Positions 58,711 through 64,000 of a DNA stretch of 64,000 bases are shown piece by piece (within the stretch, counting starts at the first letter, position 1; every line of letters starts with the position of its first letter). Both the position numbers and the translations under genes were made by a program. The DNA comes from Flavobacteriales bacterium (lineage in GTDB: Bacteria; Bacteroidota; Bacteroidia; Flavobacteriales_F; PHOS-HE28). Location of the stretch: contig JASGIM010000003.1 of NCBI GenBank assembly GCA_047601855.1, forward strand, positions 725,761-789,760. Reading direction: 5' to 3'. The notes beneath the pieces were generated by a model that saw only the letters and a list, made by a program, of their open reading frames with translations, was not told the DNA's origin and ran no database searches.

Positions 58711-59775
58711 TCAATGGGCGATCACCACCCGCGTACCAGCAGTGGCCCCGGCCGTGCGCAACACGTACACGCCTTGCGCCAGCCTGCTCACGTCCACCGC
58801 CGCGCTGTGCATGGATGCGGGGGCGATGGAACGCACCGAGCGTCCATTCGGAGCGATAAGCTCCCAGCCACGGCCTTGGTCATCCGCCACGTACAGTATC
58901 TCGTTCGCTGGATTGGGCCATGCCTCCGGCCCGTTCCGTGCGGCAACGGCGGCCATGCCCGTGGAGATATCCTCCGGCTCATAATAGAAACGCGTTCGGA
59001 TGGGCAACCCGGCCACGGTGGTCACCTCCAGTACCGGTGCGCCCTTGCCCACGGCCAGCCACTTGTATTCAACGGTCTCCGGTTCAGGCAGGGTGAAGCC
59101 GAACCCGAACTGGTCCACGTGGATGGTGTCCGTGCGCTGCAGGCGTGAGGTCACGCGCAGCACCTCGAAGGTGTCCGCAGGCAGGTAGAGCGTGCCCCAG
59201 CCATCCACGGTATTGCGGCGCATCTGTTGCTGGCCGAACGTGAACATCGTGGGTACGTTGATGCTATAGGTGCTGAAGGAACTGTCCTCGTTCCCGAACT
59301 CCAGCGGGAACCGATGGATCCAGTCCACCGGATCGCGCTGGACGGACGCGGGCAGCCCGTTGATGTTGGCCCCGAAGCCCACGTTGCGGAACCCGGTGTT
59401 GTCCACCTTGTAGTAGTCGTACACGTTCTGCACGGTGAGGTAGCTCTGGAAACTGAAGGACGGGCCGCGCAACGCATAGCTGGCGCGCGTTCGCGGGTAG
59501 AGCAACGGGTTGTTGAAGAAGAGCTGGTAGAGCAGCGGCGTACTGCCCACGGATACCGCGGTATCCGCCCCTTCGGCCTGGATGGCGAGGGCGCGGAAGT
59601 CCCACAGGTGGCCGGGTCCGGTATCGCCGCCATCGAAATCGAGGATGGTGCCGTTGCGGTAACGCAGGGTATCACCGGCGCTGGGCATGTCGGCGGGCCC
59701 GAGCACGATCTGGGCGGAGAGCAACGCCGGGGAGAGGGAACAGCACAAGAGCAACGGACGCAGGACGTTCTTCAT
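58711..59775 (-). CDS. Secreted hypothetical protein with T9SS C-terminal sorting domain
   Basis: Signal peptide MKNVLRPLLLCCSLSPALLSAQ. C-terminus ...PNPANEILYVADDQGRGWELIAPNGRSV...GVYVLRTAGATAGTRVVIAH. Confidence 0.5.
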   Translation of the reverse strand: MKNVLRPLLLCCSLSPALLSAQIVLGPADMPSAGDTLRYRNGTILDFDGGDTGPGHLWDFRALAIQAEGADTAVSVGSTPLLYQLFFNNPLLYPRTRASYALRGPSFSFQSYLTVQNVYDYYKVDNTGFRNVGFGANINGLPASVQRDPVDWIHRFPLEFGNEDSSFSTYSINVPTMFTFGQQQMRRNTVDGWGTLYLPADTFEVLRVTSRLQRTDTIHVDQFGFGFTLPEPETVEYKWLAVGKGAPVLEVTTVAGLPIRTRFYYEPEDISTGMAAVAARNGPEAWPNPANEILYVADDQGRGWELIAPNGRSVRSIAPASMHSAAVDVSRLAQGVYVLRTAGATAGTRVVIAH

Positions 59776-59849
59776 GCGCCCAAACTACCGCACCGCAGGC
59801 TTCCTGCAACGGCATGGTGTTGGCAGGCCGTCCGGTACCTTTGCCCCGC

Positions 59850-60490
59850 ATGAGATACCTGCTGCTCCTCCTGGCCTTCAGCGCCACCTGCGCCTTCGCA
59901 CAACCCGGGAAGAAGGCGGCGCGTCCGTTGGTCCAGTTCAGCGGCGTGGTGGTGACCGGCGACAGCCTGGAACCGGTCCCGTTCGCGAGCATCATCACCA
60001 AGGGCAGCTTCCGCGGCACGATCAGCGACGTATACGGCTACTTTAGCTTCGTGGCCCAGCCCGGCGACACGCTGCAGTTCTCCGCCGTGGGCTTCAAGCG
60101 CGGGGAATACGTCATCCCGACAGCCTCAAGGACAACAAGTACTCCATGATCCACGTGCTCTACGCGGACACGGTGATGCTGAAAGCGGTGCCCGTGTATC
60201 CCTGGCCCAGCAAGGAGCAGTTCAGCGAGGCGTTCCTGAACCTGCGCCTGGCCGACAGCGATTACCAGCTCGCCTTGAAACACCTGAACGCGGCGGAGAC
60301 GATCCAACGCATGGAAAACCTGCCCCCGGACCCGAGCCTGGCGATGCACATGCAACAGCAACTGGACAACACGCGGGTATACAACACCGGCATGGCCCCT
60401 TCGATCAACCTCTTCAACCCGGTGGCGTGGGCCCAGTTCGTGCAGGCGTGGAGGTCGGGCGACTTCAAGAACAAGAAGAAGGACCAATAG
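59850..60490 (+). CDS. Carboxypeptidase-regulatory-like domain protein, frameshift near 60120
   Basis: Signal peptide MRYLLLLLAFSATCAFAQ. ...FSGVVVTGDSLEPVPFASIITKGSFRGTISDVYGYFSF... The reading continues in the ORF 60146..60490 frame (...DNKYSMIHVLYADTVMLKAV...). Confidence 0.5.
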
Positions 60491-60503
60491 TTCTGCATGT
60501 GCC

Positions 60504-61220
60504 GTGCGGAGGAGCACATGGGCACATCCCCCTGCCGGGTACTTTCGCGCCGTGTATCCCCGGGAGATCGCGCACCTGTTGCTGCTGGAATGGCGGCTGG
60601 ACCGCCGGCAGAAGCACGTGTGGGGCGGCATGGCGCTGTACGTGGTAAGCACCGTGTACGTGTGCTACCAGAGCGTGCATGGCCTGCGTGATGTCGCCGT
60701 GTGGAACGCCTTGTTCTGGATCATCCTCCTCTTCGCGGCCTTCAACACGCTGGGGCGTTCGTTCCAGCGCGAGGATGCCGGCCGCCAGCTCTACCTGCAC
60801 ACGCTTGCCTCGCCGCGCAGCGTGATCCTGGCGCGCACCCTATACAGCGCGGGCCTGATGGCCGTGCTGAGCCTGCTGAGCCTCGGCGCCTATGCGCTGT
60901 TCATCGGCAGCACGCCGCTGGCGGGCGCGGAGGCCGGCACGTTCGTGCTCACCGTGCTCATGGGCGGCACGGGCTTCGCGCTGGTGCTCACCCTCATCGC
61001 CGCGCTGGCCGCGCGGGCCGGGAACGGCATCGGACTGATGGCCATCCTGGGCCTGCCGATCGTGCTGCCGCTGCTGTTGAGCGTGATGAAAGCGAGCAAG
61101 CTCGCGCTGGACGGGTTGCCCTGGTCCGTCACGTCGAAATACCTGCTGTGGCTGCTGGCGATTGATGCGATCGCCATGGCGCTGGCCTGGTTGCTCTTCC
61201 CCTACCTTTGGCGCGACTGA
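60504..61220 (+). CDS. ccmB: Heme exporter permease CcmB-like (start uncertain, possibly non-ATG)
   Basis: Six TM helices. ...FQREDAGRQLYLHTLASP... resembles the CcmB FxxExxxGxLE block. Position immediately upstream of ccmC. Confidence 0.5.
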   Translation: MRRSTWAHPPAGYFRAVYPREIAHLLLLEWRLDRRQKHVWGGMALYVVSTVYVCYQSVHGLRDVAVWNALFWIILLFAAFNTLGRSFQREDAGRQLYLHTLASPRSVILARTLYSAGLMAVLSLLSLGAYALFIGSTPLAGAEAGTFVLTVLMGGTGFALVLTLIAALAARAGNGIGLMAILGLPIVLPLLLSVMKASKLALDGLPWSVTSKYLLWLLAIDAIAMALAWLLFPYLWRD

Positions 61221-62230
61221 TGAAAGGCTGGTGGTGGAAACTCGGGTCGGTGGCGTTGCTGATGTACGTGGTAATCATCGGCCTGCGGACGCCCTTGAGG
61301 CCCGCCTTGGTGCATGCGTCCGCTACGCGGATCGAGCCGGGTGAGGCCTCGTTCGAGGTCACCGGGTACAACACGAGGTTCGCAACCTCTCAATATGTCG
61401 CCTGGTGGCTGGAGAACGGAGAGGCCCGCTGGTGCGCTACCTCCGTGGCCCCGATGAGCGAAACACGCGTCCGCCTCTCGTTCGTGGTCCCGGACAGACT
61501 TCCGAGGGACATGACCTCCATCGCGACGTTCAACAGCCTGGACGGCGAGCTACGGCTACCTGAAGCGCTGTGGACCGTGCGCAAGGGAGGATCGGCAGGC
61601 ACGTTGGATGCTTCCTGCGTGCCGGCGAATACGAACAGCGCGCACCTGTTCGCCTTCCCCGACCGCAACATCCTGAACGAGAGCATCCGCAACCTGTTCT
61701 TCCACGTGCCGATGTGGTTCGCCATGATGTTGCTGATGACCATTTCCGTGGTGCAGAGCATCATCACCCTGCGGAACAACAGCCTGGGCGCGGACCTCAT
61801 GGCCGATACCGCCGTGCGCGTGAGCCTGCTCTTCGCTGCGCTGGGCCTCATCACCGGCAGCCTGTGGGCCCGCGTGACCTGGGGTGGTTGGTGGACGAGC
61901 GACACGAAACTGAACGGCGCAGCCGTAACGGTGCTGATCTACGCAGCCTATCTGGTGCTGCGCGGCTCGGTGCCCGACCCCCACAAACGCGCGCGGCTGG
62001 CAGCGGTGTACAACGTGTTCGCCTACGTGTTGATGATGGTGTTCATCATGGTGCTGCCGCGGGTCACCGATTCCCTGCATCCGGGCAACGGCGGCAACCC
62101 GGCCTTCAGCAACTACGACCTCGATTCCAGCCTGCGCGCCGTGTTCTATCCCGCCTGCATGGGCTGGATAGGCCTCGCCTACTGGGCGTTCCGGCTGCGG
62201 GTGCGGACGGCCAGGCTCTCCCTTGGCTGA
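61208..62230 (+). CDS. ccmC: Heme exporter protein CcmC
   Basis: ...NLFFHVPMWFAMMLLM... and ...WARVTWGGWWTSDTKLNGAAVT... (the WGxxWxWD tryptophan-rich heme-handling motif). Confidence 0.85.
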   Translation: MARLMKGWWWKLGSVALLMYVVIIGLRTPLRPALVHASATRIEPGEASFEVTGYNTRFATSQYVAWWLENGEARWCATSVAPMSETRVRLSFVVPDRLPRDMTSIATFNSLDGELRLPEALWTVRKGGSAGTLDASCVPANTNSAHLFAFPDRNILNESIRNLFFHVPMWFAMMLLMTISVVQSIITLRNNSLGADLMADTAVRVSLLFAALGLITGSLWARVTWGGWWTSDTKLNGAAVTVLIYAAYLVLRGSVPDPHKRARLAAVYNVFAYVLMMVFIMVLPRVTDSLHPGNGGNPAFSNYDLDSSLRAVFYPACMGWIGLAYWAFRLRVRTARLSLG

Positions 62231-62282
62231 TGCACCGCCCCCCCGATCACACCACGCACATCCCCCGACCCAAGAAAGGACC

Positions 62283-62498
62283 ATGGCCCCCCGCAAGCTC
62301 CTGATACCCGTCATGGGCGCCCTGCTGCCCCTGAATACCTTTGCGCAAACCCAAGCGCCTGGCTGGCTGGAGGAAACGATGTACCATTCGGGCAAGATCA
62401 ACACGGTGATCGCGGTGGTGAGCGTGGTGCTCATCGGCCTCGGGGCCTGGATGTTCGCGATGGACCGCCGGATCGGGCGCTTGGAAAAGAAGGACTGA
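62283..62498 (+). CDS. Small single-TM protein, CcmD-like
   Basis: ...INTVIAVVSVVLIGLGAWMFAMDRRIGRLEKKD sits between ccmC and ccmE. The start codon is uncertain. Confidence 0.45.
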   Translation: MAPRKLLIPVMGALLPLNTFAQTQAPGWLEETMYHSGKINTVIAVVSVVLIGLGAWMFAMDRRIGRLEKKD

Positions 62499-62502
62499 AC
62501 GG

Positions 62503-62892
62503 ATGAAGCGCAGCCACATCATCGCCCTGGTCATCATCGCCGTCGCCCTTGGTGTGCTGGTGTATTCGTTGTCGGACAACACCACGTTCGTGAGCATTGC
62601 CGACGCGAAGGCGCAACCGGGCGAGGAAGTGAAGGTGAAGGGCTTCCTCTACAAGGGCGACGAGGTCGTCTACGAACCGTCCGTCGATGCCAACCTCACC
62701 CGCTTCACGCTGGTGGACGAGCACGGCGACAAATGCCGCATCGCCCTGAAAAAAGCCAAGCCGTACGATTTCGAGCGTTCGGAGAGCATCGTGCTCACCG
62801 GCCGCATGGAAGGCGATGCGTTCGTGGCCTCGGACATGCTGCTGAAATGCCCGAGCAAGTACAACGAACAGAGCAAGGTGGCCGGGTTGTGA
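62503..62892 (+). CDS. ccmE: Cytochrome c-type biogenesis heme chaperone CcmE
   Basis: N-terminal TM, then an OB-fold (...VKVKGFLYKGD...FTLVDEHGDKCRIALKKAKP...IVLTGRMEGDAFVASDMLLKCPSKY). Confidence 0.85.
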   Translation: MKRSHIIALVIIAVALGVLVYSLSDNTTFVSIADAKAQPGEEVKVKGFLYKGDEVVYEPSVDANLTRFTLVDEHGDKCRIALKKAKPYDFERSESIVLTGRMEGDAFVASDMLLKCPSKYNEQSKVAGL

Positions 62893-62927
62893 GCGTCCTT
62901 CGATCTGCTCCGCTCAAGCCTGTGGGG

Positions 62928-62999
62928 TCATGCTTCGGCAGGCTCAGCATGACAGATGGACCATTCTCCCGTGTCATGCCGAGCCTGCCGAAGCATGGC
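62928..62999. repeat. Two inverted REP-like units between ccmE and ccmF
   Basis: gtcatgcttcggcaggctcagcatgac ... gtcatgccgagcctgccgaagcatggc. Confidence 0.6.
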
Positions 63000-63030
63000 C
63001 ATCCCGGGACCGCATACACGCTGACGTGGA

Positions 63031-64000
63031 CGTGACCTACCTCGGCGAACACACGTGGGCAGGGCAGCTGGGCCATTGGCTGGTGCTGCTCGCGTTCGGG
63101 GGCTCGCTGCTGTCACTTGCGGGCTACTTCCTCTACACGCGCAGCAACGACGACGGCTGGCGCACCGTGGGGCGCATCGGTTTCCGGACGCATTCGGTGG
63201 GTGTGGCAGGCATCGTGGTGCTGTTGTTCATCATGCTGTTCAACCACTGGTTCGAGTTCGACTACGTGTGGAAGCACAGCAACCGCGGGATGCCGCTGCG
63301 CTACATCGCGAGCTGCTTCTGGGAAGGACAGGAAGGCTCGTTCCTGTTGTGGAGCTTCTGGAACATGATCATCGGCAACATTCTCATCCAGCGGAAGGGC
63401 ACGCGCACCTCGCCCGGCTGGGAAGGCCCGGTGATGACCATCGTGGCGCTGGTGCAATTGGCGCTGGCCTGGATGCTCCTGGGCGTATACCTCTTCGGGG
63501 TGCGCATGGGCAGCAGCCCGTTCCTGCTGATCCGTGAGCTGCCGGAGAACATCGGCCTGCCTTGGACGCACCTCGCCGATTACCTCACGCGCATCCCGCA
63601 GTTCGCCGACGGCCGCGGCCTGAACCCGCTGTTGCAGAACTACTGGATGGTGATCCACCCGCCCACGCTGTTCCTGGGCTTCGGCCTTACGTTGGTGCCC
63701 TTCGCCTTCGCCTGCGCCGGCCTGTGGCGCGGCCGCCTGAAGGAGTGGATCGCCCCCGCCATCCCGTGGACCTTTACCGGCGTGCTGGTGCTGGGCACGG
63801 GCATCCTCATGGGCGGCGCATGGGCGTATGAGGCGCTCAGCTTCGGCGGCTTCTGGGCCTGGGACCCGGTGGAGAACGCCGTGCTGGTGCCGTGGATCAC
63901 GCTCATCGCCTCCGGCCACCTGCTGCTCATCAACCGCCGGAAGGACACCTCGCTCTTCACCACCTTCCTGCTCACCCTGGGCACCTACCTGCTGGTGCTC
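63031..64000 (+). CDS. ccmF: Cytochrome c biogenesis heme lyase subunit CcmF (N-terminal part; likely GTG start; runs off window end)
   Basis: The frame from GTG at 63031 reads VTYLGEHTWAGQLGHWLVLLAFGG...WEGQEGSFLLWSFW...WAWDPVENA... These are CcmF/CcsA W-rich motifs. Confidence 0.8.

Overview
This is a high-GC (roughly 65-70% GC by eye) chromosomal segment that looks like a Bacteroidota-type genome. The main lead is a compositionally foreign, AT-richer island at about 6.3-10.3 kb, inserted at the 3' end of pccB and bracketed by an imperfect ~68-bp direct repeat of that gene end. It carries three uncharacterised genes (a 2-TM membrane protein, a 582-aa protein with a PD-(D/E)xK-like nuclease motif, and an HNH-nuclease-domain protein) with no recognisable integrase or transposase. 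I read this as a candidate undescribed defence/abortive-infection-like module. The evidence for a Bacteroidota origin is several proteins ending in T9SS/Por C-terminal sorting domains, a RimK/RimB module, and an AsmA-like giant protein. Most of the rest is housekeeping and envelope genes. These include propionyl/methylmalonyl-CoA carboxyltransferase (pccB), a hybrid PAS histidine kinase, a 4-gene exopolysaccharide glycosyltransferase operon, an M16 peptidase, HMG-CoA lyase, pyrD, msrA, an orphan C5-cytosine DNA methyltransferase next to tRNA-Gly, tRNA-Pro, an OmpR-type regulator, rpmE, a LuxC-type acyl-CoA reductase with ferredoxin, rimK with a RimB-like retropepsin, chorismate synthase, and a system I cytochrome c maturation operon (ccmBCDEF, truncated at the window end). 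The next gene pair after the island is a GNAT/autoinducer-synthase-like N-acyltransferase translationally coupled to an ICMT-family methyltransferase. The window also contains a MITE family whose terminal inverted repeats supply the stop codons of two genes. A REP-like palindromic repeat family sits at six or more loci, and a palindromic GAATGG-rich element is inserted in frame inside pyrD. At least nine genes carry frameshifts, several at homopolymer runs, so error-prone sequencing is the likely explanation. One of these is a fragmented MazF/PemK-like toxin. No CRISPR array, rRNA, integrase or transposase was seen.
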